From: an uncultured Armatimonadetes bacterium
Lineage (GTDB): Bacteria > Armatimonadota > Hebobacteria > Hebobacterales > Hebobacteraceae
Assembly (NCBI GenBank): GCA_963716175.1
Contig: OY970296.1
Span: 4,032,001-4,096,000, forward strand
DNA: 64,000 bases
Reading direction: 5' to 3'
Shown here: positions 1 through 9,955 of the stretch, in pieces
Numbering within the stretch: the first letter of the stretch is position 1
Layout of the letters: every line of letters starts with the position of its first letter
Program-made: the position numbers and the translations under genes
Notes under the pieces: model-generated
What the model saw: only the letters and a program-made list of their open reading frames with translations
Database searches by the model: none
Told to the model about the DNA's origin: nothing

Positions 1-380
1 GCCTCCGCGTCCTCCCTCAGCTTGCGCAGCACCATCGCGGAGATCTCCTCCGGGGTGTACTCCTTCTCGTCAATGCCCACCACGGCCATGCCATTGCGCC
101 CCTCCACCACCCGGTAGGGCACGATCTTGCGCTCTGACTCCACCTCGGAGTAGCGCCGCCCCATGAACCGCTTGATGGAGTAGACCGTGTGCTCCGCATT
201 GATGATCGCCTGCCGCTTCGCGGGCTGGCCCACCAGACGCTCTCCGCTCTTGGTGAACCCCACCACCGAGGGCGTCAGCCGGCTGCCCTCGGCATTGGGA
301 ATAACCACTGGCTCCCCACCTTCGATGACCGCCACCACTGAGTTGGTTGTCCCCAGGTCAATCCCGATCACTTTCGCCAT
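1..380 (-). CDS. dnaK: Molecular chaperone DnaK (Hsp70), 5' part, truncated by the window edge
   Basis: Reverse strand reads [42 protein letters not shown]...QPAKRQA...SIKRFMGR; GAGGAGG RBS upstream. Confidence 0.97.
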   Translation of the reverse strand, partial: MAKVIGIDLGTTNSVVAVIEGGEPVVIPNAEGSRLTPSVVGFTKSGERLVGQPAKRQAIINAEHTVYSIKRFMGRRYSEVESERKIVPYRVVEGRNGMAVVGIDEKEYTPEEISAMVLRKLREDAE

Positions 381-475
381 TGTTAGCCTCCTCGCGCTCT
401 AAACTGGCGGCGCCCCCGCGCCGACAACAGCGGGGGCCCAGCCAACTGTCTGCTCTCGCTCCCTTAGTCTACCCC

Positions 476-506
476 ATTATGGAACCTTGATAGCATCATT
501 GTCAAG
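476..506 (-). promoter_or_regulatory. Sigma70-type dnaK promoter (TTGACA-N18-CATAAT) overlapped by a 21-bp HAIR-like inverted repeat
   Basis: TTGACA at 505-500, CATAAT at 481-476; CTTGATA-N7-TGTCAAG at 486-506. Confidence 0.65.
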
Positions 507-635
507 AGGGCTTACAGACATTCCGAACACAGGCACTCGACTCAGCACAGGGGCGTCAGCCTAGCTCCAGAGAGGTGTAGAGTGTAGAGGCCTGTGAGCC
601 CACAGGGCGGGCGCCCCGTGCCGTTCACGAGGCTG

Positions 636-2084
636 CTAGGAGCCGGCCGGGCCTGCCAGCACCCGGAGCTGCTCCTGCACCACCCATTTCAGGTCCCCGG
701 TGGCCGTCTTCTCCAGCTTCTCCAGCGGCTGCACAGCCCGCCGGTCCCGGATCTCACCGAGCGCCACCGCGCTCCACTTCTGCACCTCGGAGTTGGGGCT
801 GGAGAGGGCGGAGATCAACTGGGGCACAGCCAGAGTCCCCATGCCCACCACGCCCTCCGCGATCTGATAGTTCACGGTAGTGTTGCCACTTCCGGCGATC
901 GCACCGAGCAGCTCCGGGATGACGCCGGGGCCAATGGCGGAGAGAGCCCCGACTGAAGCGCTCACTACCCGCCATTGGGGGTCGGAGAGTGCGGCCACCA
1001 GGGTAGGCACGCCCCCCAGGTTGCCCGGCCAGCCCATGGCGGACGCGGCCGAGGCGCGCACTTGCTCATCAGCATCCCGCAGCGCGGCAGCGAGAGGACC
1101 GTTGAGCAGCGCCGAGTCCGCACCCACCAGCCCGGCGGCCGCGGCCCGCCGCACCAGGACCTGGGGGGATTGCAGGTACCGTGCCATCGCGGGGTACGTC
1201 ACGGGCCCGCTCTTGTGCACGATTCGCCGAAGCGCGACGATGGCGATCTCGCGGTAGTTCTTCTCTGCTATCGTCATGGTGGCCATGATGGGCTCCAGGC
1301 CGCGAGCATCACCAATCAGGCCCAGGGCATTGGCGGCATCCTCCCGGTTGTCAGTCTTCTTCAGGAAGGGGATCACCGCGAGGGTGGTGCGGGGATCGCC
1401 CAGCTCACCGAGGCAGCCGAGGCCAGCGCCCGGCGACATTTTCGGCTTGAGGTTGTCCAGGGCTGCCTGCTCCGCCAGCATCACCTTCTGTTTCCCCAGA
1501 TCTTTCAGAACTTGCTTTCGCAGGTCTTCATCCACGACATAGCAGGCCGCCAACAAGGCGCCCACCCCCACGCTCCCCATCTTCGAAAGGGCTTGCGAGG
1601 CCCCTTTGTAGGAGGAGCGATCCGAGAGCAGCATGCGCACCTCCGGGGCCGCCACCAGGCCGATGTCCTGCAGCCCCTTCACCGCCTCGTCCAGGGTACC
1701 ACCGCTGGCGGAGAGCGCGGCCATCAAGGTCGCCACCGCGTGCTCGCCCTGCTTGACCAGCGCCTCCCGGGCCCAACGGCGCGGGGCCTCCTCTTGATCC
1801 TTCAGGATCACCCCCAGCAGGCGGATCGCCTCATCCGTGCCGATCTCGCCCAGCGCCTGCGCGGTCTTGCTCCGGACGATGATGGCCTGGGCCGGGAGCG
1901 CGTCCTCCAGCTTCCTCATCTCCATGAGAGACCGCGCCGCGGCCACCCTGACCTTCATATCATTGCTGCTGAGATTCTGCAGCAGCTGGCGCTTCACCAG
2001 GTAGCGCGCAGTCAGCCATCCGATCAGCCCCAGGCCAACCACAGCGATGATCACATAGGTAAGCGTGCGACCACGGCTAGTCAT
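636..2084 (-). CDS. HEAT/PBS-lyase repeat protein with N-terminal membrane anchor
   Basis: Repeated VRxAAAxALG-like helices; hydrophobic N-terminus; GAGGAG RBS before ATG 2084. Confidence 0.85.
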   Translation of the reverse strand: MTSRGRTLTYVIIAVVGLGLIGWLTARYLVKRQLLQNLSSNDMKVRVAAARSLMEMRKLEDALPAQAIIVRSKTAQALGEIGTDEAIRLLGVILKDQEEAPRRWAREALVKQGEHAVATLMAALSASGGTLDEAVKGLQDIGLVAAPEVRMLLSDRSSYKGASQALSKMGSVGVGALLAACYVVDEDLRKQVLKDLGKQKVMLAEQAALDNLKPKMSPGAGLGCLGELGDPRTTLAVIPFLKKTDNREDAANALGLIGDARGLEPIMATMTIAEKNYREIAIVALRRIVHKSGPVTYPAMARYLQSPQVLVRRAAAAGLVGADSALLNGPLAAALRDADEQVRASAASAMGWPGNLGGVPTLVAALSDPQWRVVSASVGALSAIGPGVIPELLGAIAGSGNTTVNYQIAEGVVGMGTLAVPQLISALSSPNSEVQKWSAVALGEIRDRRAVQPLEKLEKTATGDLKWVVQEQLRVLAGPAGS

Positions 2085-2184
2085 GGCGGCTCCTCTGGAC
2101 CATACTCGGCGCTCGCTTTCGACGGTCGGGAAAGCCAATCCTTCTCTGCGGCGCCGGCCCGCAATGTGGAATAAGGCTTTGGGG

Positions 2185-2283
2185 TGGCTAGGTCGGCAGC
2201 GCCGACCGCTGGCTAAGCCCGCCTTCGGCGGGCCGCCATCCCGGCTTTCAGGCCTAGGGACATGGCGGCCGGAGGCCTAGCCA
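2185..2283. repeat. Cluster of CCCTAGG...TGGCGGC...CTAGCCA hairpin modules (module M)
   Basis: Inverted copy at 2210-2260 and partial direct copy at 2263-2283; same module at 12644-12697, 44004-44099 and 46101-46274. Confidence 0.7.
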
Positions 2284-2324
2284 CAGGCGGCCGCCTGTGC
2301 CCCGCGCCGATCAGGAGTCATACT

Positions 2325-2711
2325 GTGGACACCAAACCGCTCGACATTCTGGTGGTGGATGACGAGCAGAGCATCTGCCTCCTCCTCCATGACGTGCTCG
2401 ACCGCTTCGGTCATCAAGTAAGCACCTGCCAGGATGGCGGCGCCGCGCTCAAGCTCGCGGCCGAGCGCTCGTTCGACCTGGTCTTCCTGGACATCCGCAT
2501 GCCTGGCATGGGCGGGGTCGAGCTGCTGAAGCAACTGCACGAGCGCCACCCTGACACCACCTATGTCATGATCACCGGCTATGCCCACAACGAGATCGTG
2601 GACGAGTCGCTGCGCAGCGGCGCCTCTGCCTGCCTCTGCAAGCCGTTCAGCCTTTCCCAGGTGATGAAGCTGCTTCAGGAAATCACCTCCCGCCAGCCGG
2701 CGCCCGCCTAG
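2325..2711 (+). CDS. Single-domain response regulator (receiver)
   Basis: ILVVDDE, FLDIRMPGMGG, MITG and KPF motifs; AGGAG RBS before GTG 2325. Confidence 0.92.
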   Translation: MDTKPLDILVVDDEQSICLLLHDVLDRFGHQVSTCQDGGAALKLAAERSFDLVFLDIRMPGMGGVELLKQLHERHPDTTYVMITGYAHNEIVDESLRSGASACLCKPFSLSQVMKLLQEITSRQPAPA

Positions 2712-2839
2712 AGCGCATTTCATAACCTACCGGCTGGCTGGCCGCACCACGCCCTCGCACGAAATGCGCCTGCCACGGCCTGACGTTGTGCAGTGCTGTT
2801 TCATAACCTCCCCTGGGAAGGTTACGAAACAGCTTCCAG
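2709..2839 (+). mobile_element. About 130-bp MITE-like element, copy 1
   Basis: Imperfect terminal IRs TAGAGCGCATTTCATAACCT / AGGTTACGAAACAGCTTCCA; similar inverted copy at 46141-46271. Confidence 0.75.
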
Positions 2840-2846
2840 CCGCAGC

Positions 2847-4148
2847 TCATTCCGCTCCCGCGCCGGCCAGCAGCCAGTCCAGCGGTTGCCGCCGGTAGCG
2901 CTGCACCCCCCAGTCCAGATCCTCCGCAAGCAGGAAGCAGCCCCCTCCTCGCGGCTCCAGCTTCTGCCCGGCCTTCAGGTGTTCCAGGATCTTACGCTGG
3001 AGAGTGGTGTCCCTGGGAGCCTTGCTCAGGTCCTTCGGGAAGTGGTGGTCGAACACGGTCTCGAGCAGCTCCCGCTCACTGGACGGGACCGGGACCAGAT
3101 AGACCTCCCGCTGAAAGCGCACCATGTTGGATCTGGGGGGCAGCCAATCCTCGAGCTGCGCGTCCAGCAGCCAGGAGGTGCAGCAGAAGCCGACAAAAGG
3201 GCGCTCCGGGAAGTGGCGGGGGAAGAACTCGGCGGCGCGGCGAAACGACTCGCCGCACAGGTCGTGGGCCAGCGGGCCGCCGTCCGGCATGTGCAGGTGC
3301 AGTACCGGGTCGCCTGGCGCCAGCACCTGCCGCCATTCCGCCGCAGGAAGCGAGACGGTGTGGGGGAGTGCCGCCCCCGTGGGCAAGATGGGATGGCCCA
3401 CAACCTGGTCCTCGCCGATAGCGAAATGCGCGGTCCAGCCTTTCTCCTGCCGGCCCCGGCGATGGTGGTTGGGGCGCTGGCCATTGGCCCGATAGCGCAC
3501 GCCCTCCTCGGAAAGGGCGAGCACGGTGCCTGAGGCATGGTGGCGAAAGACGCGGATGGGGAACCGGCAGGTGGTGAACTGGAACTGAAGCCGGCCCAGG
3601 CGGTAGAGATCCCCGCGCAGAAAATGGGTGAACCAGGCCAGCTCGTGCAGGGAAAGACCCGGGGCGTGGCTCCCATGGTGGTGGTGCCGGTGATGGTCCA
3701 CGCTGTGAACCAGGTCACTGAGGCTGTGGCGCGCCACCGCTGCCGGCACCCCATGGGCCTCGTTCAGGGCTCTCAGGCGGGGCAGCGCCGACAGCAGAAC
3801 CAGGAGGTGGAAGAGCCCCGCGTCGTCGCCTAGCGCTTCCCGGAGGGAGGGCCACTCGCAGATATCATCGAAGTCAGGCTCGCCCGCAGTGAGGAATAGC
3901 CGGTGGTGGTAGTGCCACGCCAGGGCCCCCAGAGCGGCATTGCCGGCGAAGCGGCCACAGGCCGCGGAGGCCGCCTGGGCCACCTCCTCCGGAAGCCCGA
4001 GATCCCGGCAGACCTCGGCCGCGAAGTCCGGCGCGAGAAACGTGACATCGCCGGCCGGCCTCGACCTCTGGGAGGCATCCCACCCCGGCCTGAGAGTATC
4101 AATGTCGTCGGCCAGAGAGAGTTGGCGGACGACGTCGGTCAGTTCCAT
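2847..4148 (-). CDS. Acyltransferase-domain protein (DUF5596/GNAT-like C-terminus)
   Basis: LYRLGRLQF, LHLHMPDGGPL, CTSWLLD, SNMVRFQ and DTTLQR motifs typical of this family. Confidence 0.7.
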   Translation of the reverse strand: MELTDVVRQLSLADDIDTLRPGWDASQRSRPAGDVTFLAPDFAAEVCRDLGLPEEVAQAASAACGRFAGNAALGALAWHYHHRLFLTAGEPDFDDICEWPSLREALGDDAGLFHLLVLLSALPRLRALNEAHGVPAAVARHSLSDLVHSVDHHRHHHHGSHAPGLSLHELAWFTHFLRGDLYRLGRLQFQFTTCRFPIRVFRHHASGTVLALSEEGVRYRANGQRPNHHRRGRQEKGWTAHFAIGEDQVVGHPILPTGAALPHTVSLPAAEWRQVLAPGDPVLHLHMPDGGPLAHDLCGESFRRAAEFFPRHFPERPFVGFCCTSWLLDAQLEDWLPPRSNMVRFQREVYLVPVPSSERELLETVFDHHFPKDLSKAPRDTTLQRKILEHLKAGQKLEPRGGGCFLLAEDLDWGVQRYRRQPLDWLLAGAGAE

Positions 4149-4284
4149 CTGCCTGCTATCACTCCTTCGCAACCCGAGCGTTCGGCGCGCTCACTGCTCC
4201 CGCGACTCTCGCCCACAGAGGCCAGGGCGAGAATCGCGCACGACCCACCAGGGAACCCGACCAAGCTCCTCGCCCGGTATTGCG

Positions 4285-5322
4285 TCAACGGGCGAAGAGC
4301 TCCAGCTCATCTCGCCAGGTGCGGGACATGAGGGACCTGACGGCGTCCTCTGGCGCCGTGCCCTCGAACAGCAGAGCGTGCACGGCGCTGGTGATGGGCA
4401 TCTCCACCCCGGCCTGCGCGGCCAGCGTCTGCGCCGCCCGGGTGGTCTCGACTCCCTCTGCCACCTGGCTCATTCCGGCCAGCACCTCCTCCAATCTCCT
4501 CCCCTTCGCCAGCTCACAACCCACCAGGTAGTTCCGGCTCTTGCGACTGGCGCAGGTGGCCACCAGGTCGCCCATTCCGGAGAGCCCGCGAAAGGTCTCG
4601 CCTCTGGCGCCCAGGGCCACCCCCAGGCGGGTGATCTCGGCCAGACCGCGGGTCAGGAGCGCGGCCTTGGTGTTGTCGCCGAATCCCAGGCCATCGCTCG
4701 CCCCCGCGCCGATGGCAATGATGTTCTTCAGGGCCCCGCCCAGTTCCACCCCGGGCACATCCGGGTTGGTGTAGACGCGGAACCGGGGCGTGCTCAGTGC
4801 GGCTTGCGCCTCCGCCGCGAACGACGGGTCCGCGCAGGCCACCACGGTGGCGCTGGCCACTCCGGCTGCCACCTCCGGCGCCAGGTTCGGCCCGGACAGG
4901 ACGGCGACCGGGCCCCGCGGCGTCGCGCCCAGAGCGGCTTCCACCACCTGTGACAGCCGCCTTCCGGTCTCGTGCTCCAGGCCCTTCGCGGCGCTGATCA
5001 CCCCCTGGTCTGGATGCAGGCACGGGGCGAGCTGTTTGCTCACCTCGCCGATGCCGTCGGAGGGCACCGCGAGCACTACCATCCTGGCTCCGCCCACTGC
5101 GTCCCGCAGATCGGAGGTCGCCTCCACCGCCTCCGGCAGCGCGAATTGCGATAGGTACTCCGGGTTCCGTCGCTCCCGGCGGATCGCGGCCGCCATCTCC
5201 GGCCGGCGCGCCCACAGCCTGACCTGCCAGCCCGCCTTGCCCAAGATCAGGCTCAGAGCGGTGCCCCAACTCCCTGCCCCGATCACCGCGATCGCCCCGC
5301 GCTCTGCGTTACCATTGCTCAT
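4285..5322 (-). CDS. gpsA: NAD(P)H-dependent glycerol-3-phosphate dehydrogenase
   Basis: GAGSWGTAL, LSGPNLA, GGALKNIIAI and GDLVATC.S..SRN motifs. Confidence 0.96.
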   Translation of the reverse strand: MSNGNAERGAIAVIGAGSWGTALSLILGKAGWQVRLWARRPEMAAAIRRERRNPEYLSQFALPEAVEATSDLRDAVGGARMVVLAVPSDGIGEVSKQLAPCLHPDQGVISAAKGLEHETGRRLSQVVEAALGATPRGPVAVLSGPNLAPEVAAGVASATVVACADPSFAAEAQAALSTPRFRVYTNPDVPGVELGGALKNIIAIGAGASDGLGFGDNTKAALLTRGLAEITRLGVALGARGETFRGLSGMGDLVATCASRKSRNYLVGCELAKGRRLEEVLAGMSQVAEGVETTRAAQTLAAQAGVEMPITSAVHALLFEGTAPEDAVRSLMSRTWRDELELFAR

Positions 5323-5335
5323 CACTGACTAGTTC

Positions 5336-5368
5336 GTAGGGCGCAAGGGCGTCTCCTGCCCTTCGTAG
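5336..5368 (+). repeat. Degenerate GTAG-type REP palindrome
   Basis: GTAG-GGCGC-AAGGGC-GTCTCCT-GCCCTT. Confidence 0.45.
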
Positions 5369-5474
5369 CTCTCTCGCACCGCTGATGCTGCTGTCTTGCT
5401 ACGCGTTCGGCAGCGGAAGGCAGTTCAGTCAGTCCGCAGAAAATGCAGACGACTCTCCCGGGCATAGCTCTGGG

Positions 5475-6431
5475 ATGGCGGAGAGGACCGCTCGTATGGC
5501 TTCCGATCTTCCGTCAGATACCAGCGACAGGAGTGTTGCTCCCACACGCGGCGGCTGGAGCAAGTCGCCCCGGAATCCGATTCTGGGCGGGGACCTGGGC
5601 GCGTGCTCGGACGCCGCCGTGCTGAGGGAGGGCGAGAAGTTCCGCCTGTGGTTCTCCTGGCGGCGGCAGCGGGCCATCGGCCTGGCGGAGAGTGAGGACG
5701 GAGTTGATTGGGGCGATCCGCAGGTGGTGCTGGCGCCGCAGCTCAGGTGGGAGGAGCTGGTCAACCGGATCTCGGTGCTCAAGCGACCAGAGGGCTATCG
5801 TATGTGGTACACGGGGCAGGTCGTCTCCGGCCTCGCGCGTTCTGTCATCGGCTATGCCACCAGCCCGGACGGCGTCACCTGGAAGCGGCACAGCGACAGG
5901 CCCGTGCTCTCACCCCAGGAGCCCTGGGAGAAATCATCGGTGATGTGCCCGCATGTCCTCTGCGATGATACCGGGCGATTCCTTCGGATGTGGTATTCCG
6001 GCGGCGAGCAGCGTGCGCCTGATGCCATCGGCTATGCCACCAGCCCAGGCGGGATATTCTGGACCAAGTTGCCCACCAATCCGGTGTTCCTGCCGGATCC
6101 TCGCAGCTCGTGGGAGCAGCAGAAGGTGGCCGCCTGCCAGGTGATCCGCCATGACCAATGGTATCTCATGTTCTACGTCGGCCTCCAGGACGCGGAGCAC
6201 GCTCACATCGGTCTCGCCCGCTCTCGCAATGGGATCAGCGGCTGGCTCCGGCACCCCGCCAACCCGATCCTCTCGCCCAGCGGCAGTGAGTGGGATGGAG
6301 ACGCGGTCTGCCAGCCATTTGCCCTCTTTGACGAGAAGCAGAAGCTCTGGCGGCTTTGGTACACCGGCCGCCGCGGCGACCAGGAGCAGATCGGGCTGGC
6401 CCTGCACGAGGGTGAGGACCTGGGGTTCTGA
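5475..6431 (+). CDS. Five-bladed beta-propeller glycosidase-like protein (GH130/GH43-like)
   Basis: Repeated MWY.G...IGYATS.DG..W.K...NP.L blades; start codon uncertain. Confidence 0.8.
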   Translation: MAERTARMASDLPSDTSDRSVAPTRGGWSKSPRNPILGGDLGACSDAAVLREGEKFRLWFSWRRQRAIGLAESEDGVDWGDPQVVLAPQLRWEELVNRISVLKRPEGYRMWYTGQVVSGLARSVIGYATSPDGVTWKRHSDRPVLSPQEPWEKSSVMCPHVLCDDTGRFLRMWYSGGEQRAPDAIGYATSPGGIFWTKLPTNPVFLPDPRSSWEQQKVAACQVIRHDQWYLMFYVGLQDAEHAHIGLARSRNGISGWLRHPANPILSPSGSEWDGDAVCQPFALFDEKQKLWRLWYTGRRGDQEQIGLALHEGEDLGF

Positions 6432-6468
6432 CCGGTCCCCTCCGTGCGGTTTGACACGGTCAGCGGCT

Positions 6469-6550
6469 GTAGGGGCGTGATTCATCACGCCCACCCCCTC
6501 GCGGGCGCAATGCTTGCCCGCCGGCCGTGTGGAGGGAATCGCGCCCCTAC
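6469..6550. repeat. GTAG-type REP doublet (REPIN)
   Basis: GTAG-GGGCGTGA-TTCA-TCACGCCC ... GCGCCCCTAC, inverted pair. Confidence 0.75.
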
Positions 6551-6562
6551 CGGCCAGGCGGA

Positions 6563-7228
6563 TCAGACCGGGGGGCCGCTCTCCGCTGAGCTGTCGCCTT
6601 CATCCGAGAGTCCGACCCGTTGCCCGATCCTGGCCTCGGTGCCGGCCCGCAATCGCTTGATGTTCGGAAGGTGGCGCAGGATCACCAGCAGCGCGATCGC
6701 CGACCAGAAGAGCAGCCATTGCCAGCGCAGCCCCGCGAGCGCCATATATATTGGCACCGAGGCCGCCGCCGCCATGGAGCCGACCGAGATATAGCGCGTG
6801 ATCCCGACCAGCAGCAGCCAGACGACCAATCCCACCACCGCCGCCGGCCAGCAGAGGCCGACGAGCGCGCCCGCCGTGGTGGTGACCCCGCGGCCGCCGC
6901 GGAATCCGAGGAAGAGCGAGCAGCTATGCCCCAGGATGGCGGCGAGAGCGAGGGCTAACAACCAGAGGTCGGCCTGGGAGGTGGCAGCAGGCAAGCTTCC
7001 CCCCAACAGGTGGCGACCTACGGCCACCGGCAGGTACCCTTTGAGAGCATCGCCGAGCAAGACCACGGAGGCCGGGCCCGGACCCAGCACGCGCAGCACG
7101 TTCGAGAAGCCGATGTTGCCGCTCCCGTACTTCCGCACATCCACCCCGCGCCAAACGCGCCCGACGATCACACCAAAGGGTATGCTGCCGATCAAGTAAG
7201 CGCAGATCAGGAGGAGGGCGATCTTCAT
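6563..7228 (-). CDS. plsY: Glycerol-3-phosphate acyltransferase PlsY
   Basis: YLIGSIPFG, GSGNIG..NV.R, GGRGV.T and RH..NI.RL..GTE motifs. Confidence 0.95.
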   Translation of the reverse strand: MKIALLLICAYLIGSIPFGVIVGRVWRGVDVRKYGSGNIGFSNVLRVLGPGPASVVLLGDALKGYLPVAVGRHLLGGSLPAATSQADLWLLALALAAILGHSCSLFLGFRGGRGVTTTAGALVGLCWPAAVVGLVVWLLLVGITRYISVGSMAAAASVPIYMALAGLRWQWLLFWSAIALLVILRHLPNIKRLRAGTEARIGQRVGLSDEGDSSAESGPPV

Positions 7229-7231
7229 GCC

Positions 7232-8596
7232 CTACTCGCCCGGCCCGCGATCGCGCCGATGGGCGCGGCGCAGCAGGAATCTGATCGGAGTTCCCTCCAG
7301 CGGGAGGCGGGCCCTGATCTGGTTCTCCAGATACCTGAGATGGGAGAAGTGCATCAGGTCCGGGTCGTTCACGAACAGAGCGAGGGTCGGCGGCTTGCTC
7401 CTCACCTGGGTCGCGTAGTAGACCTTGAGCTGCCTGCCTTTCCGGGAGAGCGGCCGCTCCCAGGTCGCCTGCCCCAGGATGCGGTTCAGCTCCGCGGTCT
7501 GGAACCGGAAAGCGTGCTGCTCGGCCGCATTCACCGCGGTCTCGAGCAGGGCCTCGATTCCCAGGCCGGTGAGCGCGGACACGAAGGCGAGCGGAGCATA
7601 GGAGATCTCCGGCAGCCAGGCCTGTACCTCCCGGCCGAAATCCTTCATCAGGGTCCGCGCCGGCTGCTCGCCGACGCCCGGCGGCGCGCGCAGGTCCCAT
7701 TTGCTGACCACCAGCACCTGGGCTCTTCCCTCCTCATGGGCGCGGCCGGCGATGCGCTTGTCCTGGTCGGTCAGACCGGCGCTGGCGTCAATCAGGGGCA
7801 GCGCGACGTCGCACCGCTCGATGGCGCCGAAAGCGCGCAGCACGCTGTAATACTCGAAATCCTCCTGCACCCGGCTCTTGCGCCTGATGCCGGCGGTGTC
7901 AATCAGGATCAGCGAGCGATCCTGCCACCGGTAGGGCGTATCTATGGAGTCCCTGGTAGTCCCTGGGGCCGAGTCCACGACGGCGCGCGGCTCGCCCAGG
8001 ATGGCATTCAGCAGAGAAGACTTGCCCACATTTGGCCGGCCCACGATGGCGATGCGGATCACGTCTTCGCCCTCGGGCAGGGGCGCGGTCTCCGGCAGAT
8101 GCTGAGCGACTAGATCCAGCAGCGTGTCGGTCTCCAGGCCGTGGGCGGCCGAAACTCCCACCACCTCGCCCAGGCCGAAGCGATAGAAGTCGGGGATGCC
8201 GTCCTCGCGGCGCTTGCTGTCCACCTTGTTGACCGCCACCACCACCGGCTTGCCGGTCTTCCGCAACAGATCGGCGATCTCGTCGTCGAAGGCGGCCGGG
8301 CCCTCCTTCCCGTCCACGACGAACACGATCACATCCGCTTCCGCGATGGCGAACTCCACCTGGCGCACTACCTCGGCGTGCAAGTGGTCGCCGGCCACCT
8401 GTAGCCCGCCGGTATCAATCAGCGTGAACCGCTTTCCCTCCCATTCGCAGTCGGCGTAGATGCGGTCACGGGTGATGCCCGGGGTGCGCTCCTCAATCGC
8501 GATGCGGTGACCGGCAATGCGGTTGAAGAGCGTGGACTTCCCCACATTGGGCCGGCCCACGATGGCAACCACCCCGCGGTCGAGCGCGCCGCTCAT
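7232..8596 (-). CDS. der: Ribosome biogenesis GTPase Der (EngA)
   Basis: Two tandem G domains (GRPNVGKS twice) plus C-terminal KH-like domain. Confidence 0.97.
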   Translation of the reverse strand: MSGALDRGVVAIVGRPNVGKSTLFNRIAGHRIAIEERTPGITRDRIYADCEWEGKRFTLIDTGGLQVAGDHLHAEVVRQVEFAIAEADVIVFVVDGKEGPAAFDDEIADLLRKTGKPVVVAVNKVDSKRREDGIPDFYRFGLGEVVGVSAAHGLETDTLLDLVAQHLPETAPLPEGEDVIRIAIVGRPNVGKSSLLNAILGEPRAVVDSAPGTTRDSIDTPYRWQDRSLILIDTAGIRRKSRVQEDFEYYSVLRAFGAIERCDVALPLIDASAGLTDQDKRIAGRAHEEGRAQVLVVSKWDLRAPPGVGEQPARTLMKDFGREVQAWLPEISYAPLAFVSALTGLGIEALLETAVNAAEQHAFRFQTAELNRILGQATWERPLSRKGRQLKVYYATQVRSKPPTLALFVNDPDLMHFSHLRYLENQIRARLPLEGTPIRFLLRRAHRRDRGPGE

Positions 8597-9955
8597 CGCT
8601 CTCCCCTGCCGCGGTCGAACTCGCGCAGCGCGGCCGCCGCCTCCCGCGGTGAGCCGGCCGCCGCCACCGGCGCGCCCACGCGCCCGGAGAGCTCCGCGAG
8701 CGTCATCCCGTCCAGAAAGCCCTCCCCTTCTCTGATGGCTGAGGCCGGCACCAGCACCATCTCACCCACCTTCCCGGCGCGCAGAGCGCGGGCAATGTCG
8801 CGGCCGGCGAGCAGACCCGCGGTGGTCACCGACCGGCCCAGCATGCGATTCGGGACCACCTGCACCTGTGCCTGCACCCCGCCGCCGGCCTCCAGCTTCC
8901 CGGCCAACAGCTTCACCAGCCCGGCTGCCCCTTCCCCTGTCACCAGAGTGACGCGCAGACGCTGCCGCAGCCTCAGCGGCCGCAGGCGCCTCACCTGGTC
9001 CAGCAACAGCCGCGCGCCGCCGATCCCATTGCCAAGCTGCCAGAACCCCTCGTACTGCGGTCGCGCCGGCAGCCGCAGACCGGCCAGCAGGTACAGCTCG
9101 TCGGCCGCGAACACCAGCCGCGTGCCCCGCTGCCGCAGAGACTCGCGCTGCCAGCGCTGCACCTGCCGCACGATCGCGGCCGCCAGCTCCAGCGCGCACC
9201 GGGCGGATCCGCGCCAGGCCTCGCCGGTGCTTCGTCAGCCCCACTGGCACCACCCCGATGGACCGCACGCCGGGATGCAGGCCGGCGAGGTCGCGGGCGG
9301 TCCGCTCCAGGTGGGGCCCGTCATTCACCCCGGGGCATACCACAACCTGGGTGTGGAACTCGATGCCCCTGGCGATCAGCCCCTTCATCTCGGCCAGCAC
9401 GTCAGGCACCGCGCCGCCAAATAGCTTCGCCCTCACCTGTGGCTCAGTGGCATGAACGGAGACGTAGAGGGGTGAGAGATGCAGGCGAGCGATGCGGCCG
9501 CGATCGGCCGGGGTCAGGTTGGTGAGGGTAATGAAGTTGCCGTGCAGGAACGAGAGCCGATAATCGTCATCCCGAACGTACAGCGCCGGCCGCAGGCCCC
9601 TTGGCAGTTGAGAGACGAAGCAAAAGGAGCAGCGGTTGCGGCAGGTGCGAAGGCCATCGAACACGTCTTGGGTGAAGCGGAGACCCAGGTCCTGGTCTAC
9701 CGCTTTCTCGACCTCCGCCCGGCGGCGCTTACCGGCGCGGTCCTCCAGCACCAACCTGACTCGGGGCTCGGCCGCGAGGTAACGGTACTCGATGTAATCC
9801 CGCGGCGCTCGGCCATTGACTCGCACCAACCTCTCGCCGGGCAGGACGCCGGCCTTTGCCCCCGGGCTGTCGGCCTGGACAGACTCGACGACGGCCGGCC
9901 GCAGTCGGTGTGCACTCGGCCGATGAGGGCGCGCCCGCCGCACTACGGATCTCAT
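8593..9955 (-). CDS. PDZ/radical-SAM-like FeS oxidoreductase (DUF512), frameshift near 9190
   Basis: CRNRCSFCF and DDDYRLSFLHGNFITLTN in one frame; FAADELYL, V.TAGLL and FLDG in the next; usual neighbour of der. Confidence 0.85.

Noticed and set aside
530-590. CIRCE element upstream of dnaK
   Set aside because: Only a GCACTC half-site with no matching arm at 9-nt spacing
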